Shown piece after piece: positions 47,322-60,067 of a DNA stretch of 64,000 bases. Positions within the stretch are counted from its first letter, which is position 1, and each line of letters begins with the position of its first letter. A program made the translations under genes and the position numbers. This stretch comes from Squalus acanthias (taxonomy: Eukaryota). The notes below the pieces were generated by a model that ran no database searches, had not been told where the DNA came from, and saw only the letters and a list, made by a program, of their open reading frames with translations. Location: assembly GCA_030390025.1 (NCBI GenBank), contig CM059431.1, positions 106,766,001-106,830,000 on the forward strand, given 5' to 3'.

Positions 47322-48116
47322 TGTAAGATTCTACAAAAAAGTAATAAAACCGCTGCTACCGTGTGGAGATCAAAATTGCGAATGAATTGTGAAATGGTAA
47401 CGGACGGACTCAAAATATAGGAAGTCAGCATGTGGTCCTTTGTCTGTGAGGACACAAAATGGAGGAAGTCAGCAGGGGGTCCTTTGTCTGTGAGGACACA
47501 AAATGGAGGAAGTCAGCAGGGGGTCCTTTGCCTGAAAAGACTCAACATGGTCAGCATATGGTCCTTTGTTTGTGAGACCACATGGACAGGAAGGAGAAAC
47601 ACCGGATGAGGAGGAAGTCCAGCCCCCACACACATCACAGGAACATGAACGTGTCATGCAGAAGGAACTCCAATCAGGGAAGATTGGGAGTGAAACTGAC
47701 CTATCAGAGGGAGGCTGACGAAGAAATACGAGAGGGGCTGGCAGAAAGGCACTATAAAGGAATGACCCAGATGCAGGAAATTCAGAAGAAGAAGAAGAAG
47801 AGAAGAGACAAAGAAGAGACAAAGGTAGCGGTTTGACTGGCCAGCCCATGTTTGCAACCTACTACTTTTCCGGACTGATCCCCCTGGGATAAGAGTATAT
47901 ATGAAAGTCAGACATAGAGCTTAGTTATTGCTAAAGAATAATTTTATGTACGGTAAATTGTGAGCATATTAATTGTGAGGGAATGCTTCTATGTATGCTT
48001 GAATTTTGAACTGTAGTGTGAATAAAGACCAATTTTATGGATCACAAACTTATCTGTCATTGTTACGCTTAATCGTAATACTCGAGGTCCGAACAGTAGT
48101 AAGAGAAAGTCTTGCA
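47322..48116 (+). mobile_element. Solo LTR (Gypsy/ERV type)
   Basis: TGTAAGA...TCTTGCA termini; 4-bp TSD GCCC; TATAAA at 47753; AATAAA at 48021; internal ~46-bp direct repeats. Confidence 0.85.
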
Positions 48117-48296
48117 GCCCACAGATCAAATTAATCACCATGGCTTTCCACTAATTGTGCCCATTTGCGGGCCTTCGAGGAAGCTCTTAACATTAAGATT
48201 CCTTTTTAGGCGCAAGTACACCAATAGGTACCTATTAACAGCTTTTAAATATATTTTTTTTAATTTACCATGAAGCTGACTACTGTACACCAATAT

Positions 48297-48673
48297 AAAA
48301 AGAAAGAAAAGAAAGACTTGCATTTATCTAGCGCCTTTCACAATCACCGGATCTCGCAAAGCGCTTTACAGCCAATGAAGTGCTTTTGAAGTGTAGTCAC
48401 TGTTGTAATATAGGAAACGCGGCAGCCAATTTGCAAACAGCAATATGAAAATGACCAGATTTATTGAGGGATAAATATTGGCCAGGACACCGGGGATAAC
48501 TCCCCTGCGCTTCTTCGAAATAGTGCCGTGGGATCTTTTACGTCCACCTGAGAGAGCAGACGGGGCCTCGGTTTAACGTCTCATCCGAAAGACGGCACCT
48601 CTGACAGTGCAGCGCTCCCTCAGCACTGCACTGGAGTGTCAGCCTAGATTTTTGTGCTCAAGTCTCTGGAGTA
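48297..48673 (-). mobile_element. Deu-domain SINE
   Basis: Reverse complement of the body and tail of 51551-52024. Confidence 0.88.
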
Positions 48674-49516
48674 AATATTAAATGGCTCTGTATAGTTTTT
48701 TAAAGTAATTTTCAGCTATTTAAAATCGGGTTACTCACGGGTAGTGGACTAGACACTCTGATTAAAATGCTTATTTTTTGTGATAAACCCATTTTCAGCT
48801 GTATTAATTAAAATGCTCTGAAATATATCAAGGAATATATTTTAATGCAAATTTTTTTTCAAAAATTACGTTCTAAAACGCTTCCCAATTGCGCTGGTCC
48901 AGGGAGGATTTTACGTTCAGCGATATGCAAATGAGTTTGAGCAGAAACTTGAGCAAAAAGAAGCACTTCTTAAAACTAGTGCAATTTGCGCCTGGATCGC
49001 CGATTGCGCCCAAAGCGGAAACCCTTGGCGCTTGTTTTGGTTTGGTGGCTTCTGAGTACTTTATGAATGGTTAATAAAGTGAGCTGCTTTCCTAAACCCA
49101 AGGATAATTTAGCTTTAAGCCATGGCTACCTGAGACAGGCACTTCCAAACAGAAGCTCAACTATAGGCTAACTCCAGTAAGTGCCTGAAATAATTGCAGC
49201 ACAACAGGGGAGTTGTGGAGTTACTTTCACTGGTGTAAGCAAAGTCTAATTCTTGAGGACATGACATAATAAATCCTGCTACAGCTTTTTGCAGAGCTCA
49301 TAGATCATTTGTTCAGTGGATGCAGGTAACATTTGTAAGTTAGACTAGTTCAGAAACTAATCCATTGTCTATATATCCTGTAAAAATGTGCTCTTCATCT
49401 CCATAGCCTCTTGTGCCAAGACTTATACCCTTCAACTATCTTGATGTCTGTGTTTCTTGCTCTTGGTGTGTGAATATTTTATATTGCTCTGCTGATGATA
49501 ATGCTTTGAGAAATGT

Positions 49517-50343
49517 GAACCTAGAAATTGGCCCATTTTACGGGCGCTGCACAGATTACTAAGGATCCAATATGGCCAGCAGGAAACTTGTGCACATTTC
49601 AGGTCAGAAATGTGCTGCCCGCCATATTGGGTAAGGACAAACAAGAGGCGTCCTTTGCCCATAAGGGGCCAAACACATTCGGGTAAGATTGGTTTGTCCT
49701 GATGTAGCTGTAACAAAGGAGGTAAGTAACTTACCTGAATGTGGAGCCGAGAGGAGCATGGATTGCTGCTCCTCACCCCACATTATAGGACCCAATCGCC
49801 GCTCCGACTTCCCCCCCACCCCCATCGCTGCCGCTCCTGCCCTGACCCCCGAACCCCAGCCCCAATCGCCCACCTGCTCCTAACCCGACCCCCGATCCCC
49901 ATCCCGATCTCCTAACTGCTCCCAACCAAACTCCTGTTACCGTTAGCCCTGATCTCCCACCTGCTCCTGACTCGGCCCCTGCGATCCCCAACACTGAACC
50001 CCACGGTCCCCGACCCAGGCCCCATTCCCTGAACCCAACTCAGGCCTCGACCCAGGCCCCCGACCACCAACCAAGGTTTCGACCCCGAAACCCTTGACCC
50101 CACCCTGATCCGCGATCCGTATCTCGATCCCCGACAACACTAACTGAGGACCGTTGTGACGCTAGCAGCAGCCCAAACATGGACTCCTCTTCACTGGTGG
50201 GCTTGTCACGCATCTCCAGCAACATTGCAATAAGTCTCAAGGCCCACTATGTGGACAGCCTCGGAGCTCACCATTCAGGCATGGGGGAGCACAAACTACA
50301 ACCCCCGTACGCAAAAAAAATGGTCGCAGCCCAATTTCTAGGC
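49517..50343. mobile_element. MITE, Harbinger-like
   Basis: TIR core CCTAGAAATTGG / CCAATTTCTAGG; TGT on both flanks; C-rich interior. Confidence 0.75.
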
Positions 50344-50380
50344 TGTGGTATTAATAATACCACAATGAGTGTTAACTTGT

Positions 50381-50663
50381 AAGAAAAAGAAAGAGTTGCA
50401 TTTCTATAGCACCTTTCATGACCACAAGACCCCCCAAAGCGCTTTACAACCAATGAAGTACTTTTGAAGTGTAGTCACTGTTGTAAAGTAGAAAACGCGG
50501 CAGCCAATATGCGCACATTAAGCTCCCACAAACAGCAATGTGATAATGACCAGATAATCTGTTTTTTAGTGATGTCGGTTGAGGGATTAATATTGGCCAG
50601 GACACAGGGGAGAACTCCCCTGCTCTTCGTCAAAATAGTGCCTTGGGACCTTTTACATCCACT
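50381..50663 (-). mobile_element. Deu-domain SINE, 3' part
   Basis: Matches the 3' half of 51551-52024. Confidence 0.85.
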
Positions 50664-51550
50664 TGTAAAAGACGTTATTCTGCCACATATGTTGTTATTA
50701 TTAGTGGTCATTTACATATATATATATGCAAATAGTACAAAAGTGCTGATGCACCAGTGCAGAATATCGAGCAGGGAGAGTTCCTTTGTGTACTATTTGT
50801 AACTAAATCACATACTGATTGATAAAGAATGTGCTTCTGATTTGCTTACTCATAGCACATAGAGGAAATCAATTTGCACAGATACCAAGCACCAGCACTG
50901 CAAAGCGCTACGACAAAAACACACAAAATTGGGCCCAAAGTCTCGCATTGTTCAAAAGTTTGAAATATTGCTGAAAACCGTCCAAAAAACTGTCAAAGTG
51001 GTAGAAAAACCCACAAGAAATAGCAAGACAAATATTCAATTCAATTTATAATTGATGTATATGGAAATTTTACCTTGAGTTCAATATTTGAGCAGCTGTA
51101 GTTGCAGATCCCAAGAAACATTGCTGAATAATAAAATCATTTCAAAAGTGTGACTTTACATTTTTTCTTTAGTGCAGGAATATCTAAGTTTTAATCAAGA
51201 TCAGAAATTGGGCCGTGTAGTGCCCGTGGGCGGGAGGGGCCTTGCTGCACTTGCTCTACCTTCCTTTCTTTCGCACTGAGTCAGTTAAATGAAGGCAAAC
51301 TGCGCCTCCCCTTTAAGAGGTGCATGCTGCCTTTAAATGGCGTCACTGACGCCCAATTTCCTGACCCCTGCCAATAAACAGCGACAGTAGTGCTGCCCGC
51401 CACGCATTCTCGCGCGTGCCTCTCGCTGATGTCACCGGACGCATGATCCGATTGCCGTCTACTTTGCAGCTGTTTCCAGCACCAGTTGAATTTCTTCTCC
51501 CTCCCCTAAGATGTTCAAATTGCCCCTGGGTACCATAATGGGAGAGTTAG

Positions 51551-52024
51551 GGTCAGCTGTGGCTCAGTGGGTAGCACACGTGCCTTTGTATGTCAGAAGG
51601 TTGTGGGTTCAAGTCCCACTCCAGGGACATGTAGCACATAAAATCTAGGCTGACACTCCCAGTGCAGTGCTGAGGGCGTGCTGCACTGTTGGAGGTGCTG
51701 TCTTTCAGATGAGATGTTAAACTGAGGCCCCGTCTGCCCTCTCAGGTGGATGTAAAAGATCCTATGGCACTATTTCAAAGAAGAGTAGGGGAGTTATCCC
51801 CGGTATCCTGGCCAATATTTATCCCTCAATCAACATCACTAAAAACAGATTATCTGGTCATTATCACATTGCTGTTTGTGGGAGCTTGCTGTGCGCAAAT
51901 TGGCTGCTGTGTTTCCTACATTACAACAGTGACTCCACTTCAAAAGTACTTCATTGGCTGTAAAGTGCTTTGAGACGTCCAGTGGTCCTGAAAGGCGCTA
52001 TAGAAATGCAAGTCTTTCTTTTTT
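51551..52024 (+). mobile_element. Full-length tRNA-headed Deu-domain SINE (SacSINE1-like) with L2-type tail
   Basis: Pol III A box TGGCTCAGTGGG and B box GGTTCAAGTCC; central Deu-like domain; tail AAGGCGCTATAGAAATGCAAGT shared with the L2 copies. Confidence 0.88.
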
Positions 52025-54074
52025 GAAGAAACAGAAAGGGTGAATTTCCACGGGGGCTCTCTCCCCCTCTCTCTCTCTCCCCTGTCCTGGATAAAATGGG
52101 CAGGATTGGGCAGAGAGGAGGGAGAACCCTGGCGGAGAATCTAATCCCATGATCTTTGATGAGCCGAATGGCCTCTTCTCATCCTTGACTTTTCTGAAAA
52201 TAAAATCGATCGGTCTCTCGGAATATTTTCCACCGGTGTTTAAAAAATGCATCTCAAATGTAATTGGGAGTGATATAATACATCTGTAATGCAACCACTA
52301 TTCCCTTAAGTGTTATCATAACAGATTGAATATCCTTTCTTTGCTGCAGTGTGCTAACTTTTATTTTTAAGCTCACGATACTGAACAAAATTAAAAACAT
52401 ACACACAATAGCAGACATTGCCTTTTCATATCGGACAATGTCATCAGGCTATCTGTCATCCGCTGCTGTAGCATCAGTTTCAACAATAAGAGATTCACCG
52501 ATGAGACCATGCAGTAAGGTCACAGACACCCTCGCCTGTTTGCTCTGACCTATCCTTTTACACACCGCATGCCCCACAGGGACGCTTCAATCACAGACAA
52601 TCCCTGCTTCCACACTCGCCCTGCTGATACCTGGCCTGCCTCTCTCCCACACAGATATAGACAAAATGTCATCGACAACATGACGGAGAGGAGGATGAAA
52701 AAAATCAAGCCTCTGTCTCCACGTACAATCTGCCAGGGCGCTTGTTTTCATCTCTCCTCGCTGCAGCTGTCCATCAATGTCAATCAATTTGTGCTGGAGG
52801 AAATCACGGAGCTGGCTATTGATTTAATTTAGGCGAGATCAGATAAAACTCAATTATGTAATCGCTGCTCAGGGAAGCAAGGTTGGAGAGACAAAAAGAC
52901 CGAAAGGTTTGCAGGTGAAAATGTGAGGTTGATGGATTTACCGAGTGTCCCCAAACGATTATTATGCAATTATGTAAATGATTCACTTAACTTGATTTAG
53001 CCAAAGGACAAAATGTGTAACATAAATGCAGACCTTTTTTCCTCCCAGAGAAAATCGATATACTCTCAGCACAGAGCTGCCTCTTAATGCAGTGGGTTTA
53101 ATGTAAAGGGACACACTAATACGCGCCTTTCAACTTGGGTATCATTCTGGGCACCGACTGTGCCTAGTAAGAGAGAAACGGTGTGTGAAAGAGCAAGACA
53201 CAGAAGGAAACAGTGATGAGAAAATAAAGGATGTGAAAGTGAGTGGAAAAAAGAGGCAGGAAAATGAGCAAAGGAAATAATAATTGCATTGACCCCCAGG
53301 GACTGTTGTTTTTTTTTTAGGAAGGATAATGTAAGCTGCCAAGGTTTTGAACCTCGAAAAAGTAGCTAAAGTCCTGGTGGATGTTTGCACTTGAGCAGAT
53401 TCTGAAGGCAAGGTAATTTGGTAATTGCTACACACAATGGGAGAAAGCGAAAGCAAAGATATCTGTTTCTTAGTGAAACATTTTGATTTGCAGTTGTATT
53501 GACAGTCGCACGCCGTACAAATAGCAAACATTTTAACACAGGCCGACAAAAATTACTTTAATGACTTAAAAGTTTGAAGCCATGGAATAGTTGGACACAG
53601 GATGGTGCCTCAGATCCCACCCACGGTGATTGGCCGAATTCTGCTGTGCGGTCAAGGGCAGTGGTCCAGCAGAAGCCAGATGGTTCCACACAAGGAGGGA
53701 GGGAAAGTCAGAGAGCTAGTCACTCCATGCTGCTCTTCTATATCTCGCAGCCCAGTTACACAGTGGTACTTGCAGGTGCCTGAGAATTGATTGTCAATCT
53801 GCCCTATTGGTTGCAGTCCAGTGCGTGTAATGGGGAAATCTGAAGAAGTAAAGGAAAAATGTACAAAATAATAAACTTTGCTCATTTTTAATGCTCTTAA
53901 TTATCAGCCAGTAGACTGCATTATCTGCAGGATAGTATAGGTTACAACCTTTCTAATAACCTGCACACCTAATGTATGCATGTAGTTTGGCTTACTGCTT
54001 GGCAATACTTGGCAGCTGTTTGGTACTGTGGGAGTACCTTCACCACACGGACTGCAGCCAAGGTTCAAGAAGAA

Positions 54075-54695
54075 GGCATAGAATATAAGAGCAGGGAGGT
54101 TATACTTGAACTGTATAAAACACTAGTTAGGCCACAGCTAGAATACTGCATACAGTTCTGGTCACCACATTACAGGAAGGATGTGATTGCACTAGAGAGG
54201 ATACAGAGGAGATTTACGAGGACGTTGCCTGGGCTGGGGAATTTTAGCTATGAGGAAAGATTGGATAGGCTGGGGTTGTTTTCTTTGGAACAGAGGAGGC
54301 TGAGGGGAGACCTAATTGAGGTGTATAAAATTATGAGTGTCCTAGATAGAGTGGATAGGAAGGACTTATTTCCCTTAGCAGAGGGGTCGATAACCAGGGG
54401 GCATAGATTGAAAGTAATTGGTAGGAGGTTTAGTGGGGATTGGAGGAGAATGTTTTTCACCCAGAGGGTGGTGAGGGTCTGGAACTCACTGCCTGAAAGG
54501 GTGGTAGAGGCAGAAACCCTCATCACATTTGAAAAGTACTTGGATATTCACTTGAGGTGCTGTAACCTACAAGGCTACGGACCAAGTGCTGGAAAGTGGG
54601 ATTAGGCTGGATAGCTCTTTGTCAGCCGGCACAGACAAGATGGGCTGAATGGCCTTCTTCTGCGCTACAAATTTCTATGATTCTATGATTCTATG
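54075..54695 (+). mobile_element. CR1 3' fragment nested in another LINE tail
   Basis: GIEYKSREVILELYKTLVRPQLEYC peptide; (TTCTATGA)n tail; flanking AAGAAGGC repeat; host LINE tail at ~54025-54074 and 54696-54793. Confidence 0.9.
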
Positions 54696-55489
54696 AAGAA
54701 GGCCCACCATCACCTTCTCAAGAGCAATTAGGGATGGGCAATAAATGCTGGCCTTACCAACGACGCACACATTCCGTGAACGAATAAAAAAAATAGCCTA
54801 TTCTGACAGGGGGTGAAGGCTAGACTCTGTGCACCTGCCAGCTCTGGACTCTTTGGCATAGAAATTGGATCGTGCCTGAATCGATCCCAGTGCAGCACAC
54901 GCTACACGCGCCTAATGAGGCCAGGGGCAGGACCATGGCAAATTGGTCCGCTGACCTCATAGGGATGTTACTGGTGAGATGCAGGCACAAGTCACGGCCC
55001 CAGAGGATGCCCTCCAATGGCGGATGGGGGCGGGAGGGTGCGAGTGGGGAGATGGAGCAAAATCAGCCGGCTGGGTCAATGGCCAAAGGCCTCAGCTGAG
55101 CCTGGGGCAGGAGGGCAGAGGAGGGGGGTCGAGCACCGGCCAACATTGGCCAGTAGAGGCGCAAAGTTTTGACGTGGAGCCACGAGGAGCAGGAGCAAGC
55201 GTTGCTCCAATGACACTGGGTAACGCACCACCCTTCAGTGGTTAGCAAAGGGACTGGAGCTGAATTCTGTGCGGAATCAGCCAGGGCAGCATTTGTGGTG
55301 ATACAATTGGCTTCAGAACTGCCGGATCTACAGAGAGGAAAAATCAGCCTGGGTTCCCATTCCAGATTATTATCCATTGATCCCGACTTGACCTCATGTG
55401 AGAAGACATTTGAGCTTGGCCATGTTGGCTTCTCTGGGTGAGTAGCCTGCTACCATTCACTACCTCTCTGCCATTGACTTGCAGCAACA

Positions 55490-55966
55490 CTCAAGAAGCT
55501 CAACACCATCCACGACTGAGCAATCCACTTAATCGGTATCCCGTCCACCAGCTTAAACATCCACTCACTCCACCACCGGCGCACCATGGCTGCAGTGAGT
55601 ACTATCTATAGTATGCTGTACAGCAACTAGCCTCGGCTTCTTTGGCAGCACCTCCCAAAACCGTGACTTAAAACTCCTAGAAGAACAAGGGCAGCAGGCG
55701 CATGTGAAGACCACCACCTTCAAGTTCCCCTCCAAGTCACAAACCATCTCAACTTGAAAATATTTCAGCCGTTCCTTCATCGTCACTGGGTCAGAATCCT
55801 GGAACTCCCTCCCGAACAGCACTGTGGGAGCACCTTCACCGCACAGACTGCAGCGGTTCAAGAAGGTGGCTCACCACCACCTTCTCAAGGGCAATGAGGG
55901 ATAGGCAATAAATGCCGGCCTTGCTAGTGACACCTATATCCCTAGAACTAATAAATAAATAAAAAA
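55490..55966 (+). mobile_element. LINE 3' fragment (family of 13140-13845)
   Basis: Reverse-complement similarity to 13140-13620. Confidence 0.85.
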
Positions 55967-56210
55967 TGTAGGCTCGCACAGAATGAATAACTACCTGGTC
56001 AAGGTAGCAGAAAACTGCCAACATGAAGGGTAATAGCGAATTAGTACCTGTGTGGGGGAAGGGGGGAAAAATTGGGGAAAAAAAGCTACCAAGACAGTTC
56101 AAAATGACCAAACCAGCAGTAACTGGTACACATTAATTGGAGGTGAGTTTCTATAAGTTTTATTTTCATATATACTTTTAAGCACTGCGTGATTCTTGCC
56201 AAAGACTTAC

Positions 56211-56670
56211 AACAACAACTTGCATTTATATAGTGCCTATAACAACAACAACTTGCATTTATATAGTGCCTATAACAACAACAACTTGCATTTATATAGT
56301 GCCTATAACAACAACAACTTGCATTTATATAGTGCCTATAACAACAACAACTTGCATTTATATAGCACCATTAAAGTAATAAAAACATCTCAAGGTGCTT
56401 CACAGGAGGGCAAATCATACACAATTTGACATAAAAAGATACTAGGACAGGTGACCCAATGCTCGGTCAAAGAGGTGGCTTTTAAGGAGAGAGGCGGAGA
56501 GGTTTATGGAGGTAATTCAGATCTCAGGGCCCAGGCAGCTGAAGGCACGGTCGCCAATGGTGGAGCCATGAAAATAGGGGATGTGCAAGAGGCCAGAATT
56601 GGTGGGGCGCAGAGATCTCGGAGGGTTGTAGGGCTGGAAGAGGTTGCAGAAATAGGGAGGGGACGAGGCG
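56211..56670 (-). mobile_element. L2-type 3' fragment whose 33-bp tail is tandemly amplified about 5 times
   Basis: (ACAACAACAACTTGCATTTATATAGTGCCTATA)n at ~56209-56366 followed by the L2 body. Confidence 0.85.
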
Positions 56671-57490
56671 TAAGTTATATTTTCATATGTACTTTTAAGC
56701 AGTGAGTGATACTTGCCAGAGATTTACGACAGTCTTAATGCCACAAATCCCCAACAGAAATTGTGTATCTCTATAACCGGAAGCAATGACAACACAGTGT
56801 GTAATAGAAAGACTATGCCGCTGTTTATAACACCTTGGTTGAGGTCTCCATGGTAGAAATGCTGCTCCAGGCTGTGCAGTATTAGCGGTGAATTATAATT
56901 TAGTGAATACCAGGAGTTTCATTAAGTTTTTAAAAAAGAAGACTTGCAAAAAGTTAATGCAGAGACAACTCGAAACGCCATATGGTCGGCATTAATAGGG
57001 TGTGCTCCACAAATCTATCAGTAATTCATTGAAAGTGACAGGCCTCCGAGCTCCTAATTGGTCTTTACCAAAGTGTCCTTGCATCTCCCTGTGCAGCTTT
57101 AAACATCTTCCTGTGTACAAATCACATAAAGTATGGAAACATTACAATTGCGGTGCAACTTTGCTGAATAATAAATAAGAGCCGGGCTGCTTTGCAGCTA
57201 CTTGTTACGCTCAGTTATTCTTCAGAATTAGTATTTACAGCTGATTTATATTTACATAAAAAAAGCACTTTGAGCTGGGTTGCTCACATCTGCTGAGAGA
57301 AAAGTGAGTTTTTGGAGTTTGCTCTGTACGGAACAAACTTCAAGCAAAGGCATTCACAGGTATTCAGGGACCTCAGTGACACTTCAATGACACTTTGCCA
57401 TTGGTGCTGAGGCTCCAGGGGAGCAGGCCTCAAAACACAAACCTGCAATCTCTGAGCACCGCTCTCCTGCAGTGTGTGCCATTAGCTTTA

Positions 57491-58170
57491 AGAACAAGAA
57501 CATAAGAAATGGGAGCAGGAGTAGGCCATACGGCCCCTCGAGCCTGCAATAAGATCATGGCTGATCTTCGACCTCAACCCCACTTTCCCACCCGATCCCC
57601 ATATCCCTTGATTCCCTTAGTGCCCAAAAATCTATCGATCTCAGCCTTGAATATACTCAACAACTGAGTGTCCACAGGCCTCTGGGCTAAAGAATTCCAA
57701 AGATTCACCACCCTCTGTGAAGAAATTTCACCTCATCTCAGTCCCAAATGGCTGACCCCTTATCCTGAGAGTATGGCCCCTCAGGAGTATTCTCCAGCCA
57801 GGGGAAACAACCTCTCAGCATCTACCCTGTCAAGCCCTCTAAGAATTTTATACGTTTCAATGCGATCATCTCTCATTCTTCTAAACTCCAGAGAATATAG
57901 ACCCATTCTACTCAATCTCTCCTTGTGGGACAGCCCTCTCATCCCAGGAATCAATCTAGTGAACTTCAGTTACACCACTCCAAGGCAAGTATATCCTTCT
58001 TTAAGTAAGGAGACCAAAGTGTGGCCTCACCAAAGCCCTATATAATTGCAGGAAGACTTCCTTACTCTTATACTCCAACCCACTTGCAATAAAGACTAAC
58101 ACGCCATTAGTCTTCGTAATTGCTTGCTGTACCTGCATGCCAACTTTCTGTGGTTCGTGTACAAGAATAC
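57491..58170 (-). mobile_element. CR1 3' fragment
   Basis: Reverse complement of the CR1 ORF2 C-terminus and 3' UTR. Confidence 0.88.
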
Positions 58171-58206
58171 CCAATGCTGAGCTCCTGCTGGTAACACAAC
58201 ACTAGT

Positions 58207-59606
58207 GGGCCCGATTTTAACTTCCACCACCTGGGGGATACCAGGCGGCGGGGAGGGGAGTGGGTAGTTCAAATGAGGGCAGTCACTTAACCCCCCAGCT
58301 CCCCTCCCCTGTGATCCTGCTGCCATCCCGTCCAGTTGCGCTATCAACCTGCTCACTGGAACAGTATGCCTGCTCCAAGGTGGCGGGGCCCTGGTTAAGT
58401 ATGCTGATAGGGGCCTGTCATTTCAGGTGGAGGCCTGAGCGAGGGAGCAGTGACGGCTTCACCGTCAGGCCAGATCTGTCGGAAGGGGGATCATTTATTT
58501 AAGATGTCCTTGTGGGCCAGAAGGAGCCGGAGTGCCATGGACCTCCCCTACCACCATCTTCCCACTCTCCTCTCCCAACCCTGATTGTATCCAGAACCCC
58601 CCTCCCCCATCACACCCTGAGCCCACCTCCCCCATTACACCCCTCCCCCGATCACACCCCAAGCCCCCTCTCCTTCCCGGGATCACATCCGAGACCCTCC
58701 CCCCAATCATACCCTGATCCCCCCTCCCCTGATCGCACCCCTCCCCCCCACCCCCTCCCCCTACCCCGATCACACCCCGAGTCTCCCTCCCCGGATCACC
58801 CCGAGCCCCCCTCCCCCGTGCCCCCTCCCCCCGAGCCTCCCTCCTCCAAGCCCCCCTCCCCCGTGTCCCCTCCCCTGATCACACCCCAAGGGCCCCTCCC
58901 CCGAGGTTCTCTCCCCTGAGACCCCCTCCCCGATCACACCCTAACCGAGACCCCCTCCCCAAGCCCCCTCCCCCGAGACCCCCTCCCCGATCACACCCTG
59001 AGCCCCTCCCCTCCTCCATGCCCCCCTCCCCCGTGGTTCCCTCCCCCGAGCCCTCCTGCCCGATTGCACCCTCCCCTGCGACCCCCTCCCCCGATCACAC
59101 CCTCCCCCGAGAACCCCTCCCCGAGACCTCCTCCCCCGAGCCCGTCCCCCTTGATCACGTCTGGACCCCATCCCCCACCGACTTATCTGACCTCCTGCCG
59201 CCCGAACTCCTCGCTCCCCACAGCTGGCCAGGTAGTGGATCTTTTTTATTAAAATTCGTTTATGGGATGTGTGCATCGCTGGCAAGGCCAGAATTTATTG
59301 CTCATCCCTAGTTGCCCTCGAGAAGGTGGTGGTGAGCCGCCTTCTTGAACCGCTGCAGTCCGTGTGGTGAAGGTACTCCCACAGTGCTGTTCGGGGGGGA
59401 GTTCCAGGATTTTGACCCAGCGACGATGAAGGATCGGCGATCTAGCTGTGTTCGAGTGGCACTTGGAGAACGGTTATGGTAACGAGGCCTTGCTGTTAAG
59501 ATCGGATGGTGTTCCACATCCCCAGGTTCACTGCCCACTTCGGGGCTCTCATGCACCATACCCGTGCCCCCCCCCACCCGCCCCCGCCCCCTTTAAAATC
59601 GGGGCC
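58207..59606. mobile_element. MITE with C-rich degenerate repeat interior and a nested LINE tail (~59240-59443)
   Basis: TIR GGGCCCGATTTTAA / TTAAAATCGGGGCC. Confidence 0.78.
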
Positions 59607-60067
59607 ACTACATATAGAGCAGCTTTATACTGATGCCTGTTTTGTTTATACTCGGGGACAACCATGAGCTGCTCCCAACATTTACACTACTAAATCCAAC
59701 TACCGCATCCCAGGGACAGAATGGTAGACCTATGAGCCAGATTTAATAGTGTAAATGGCACACAATCTGACCGCAAAATAACTTGTATTTATAAAGCACT
59801 TTTAACATTAAAAAAAAAGCCCCAAGGCCTTTTACAATAGTAAATAGACAGGAAATTGGAAAACTGTTCAAAAGCAACTCAAAAATATCTTGTGTGATAT
59901 CTCAAAACACTGAAATGAATCCGAGTGGTGACTTAATCTGCAAGAGAGTGCACCAGGAGATTGTAACATTCCTGCTACTAATCAAACTGCCTGAAGAACA
60001 GTGAATCATCGATTGAGAGTATGACAATAATTGAGTTTATCTACTGATCCGGTAAACCTGAGCTCAT

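Larger units (their letters stand above)
47129..49030. mobile_element. MITE related to 2819-4219, carrying a nested solo LTR and a SINE
   Basis: Shared subterminal blocks, e.g. CCCACAARACTGGCCAC and AAAATGCTTATTTTTTG(G)TGATAAA...GCGGAAAC. Confidence 0.7.

Noticed and set aside
47582..47836. Basic 84-aa ORF
   Set aside because: Lies inside the solo LTR across its TATA box; purine-rich low complexity
51551..51625. tRNA gene
   Set aside because: The A and B boxes belong to a SINE head that continues into a multi-copy SINE body; no full cloverleaf or terminator
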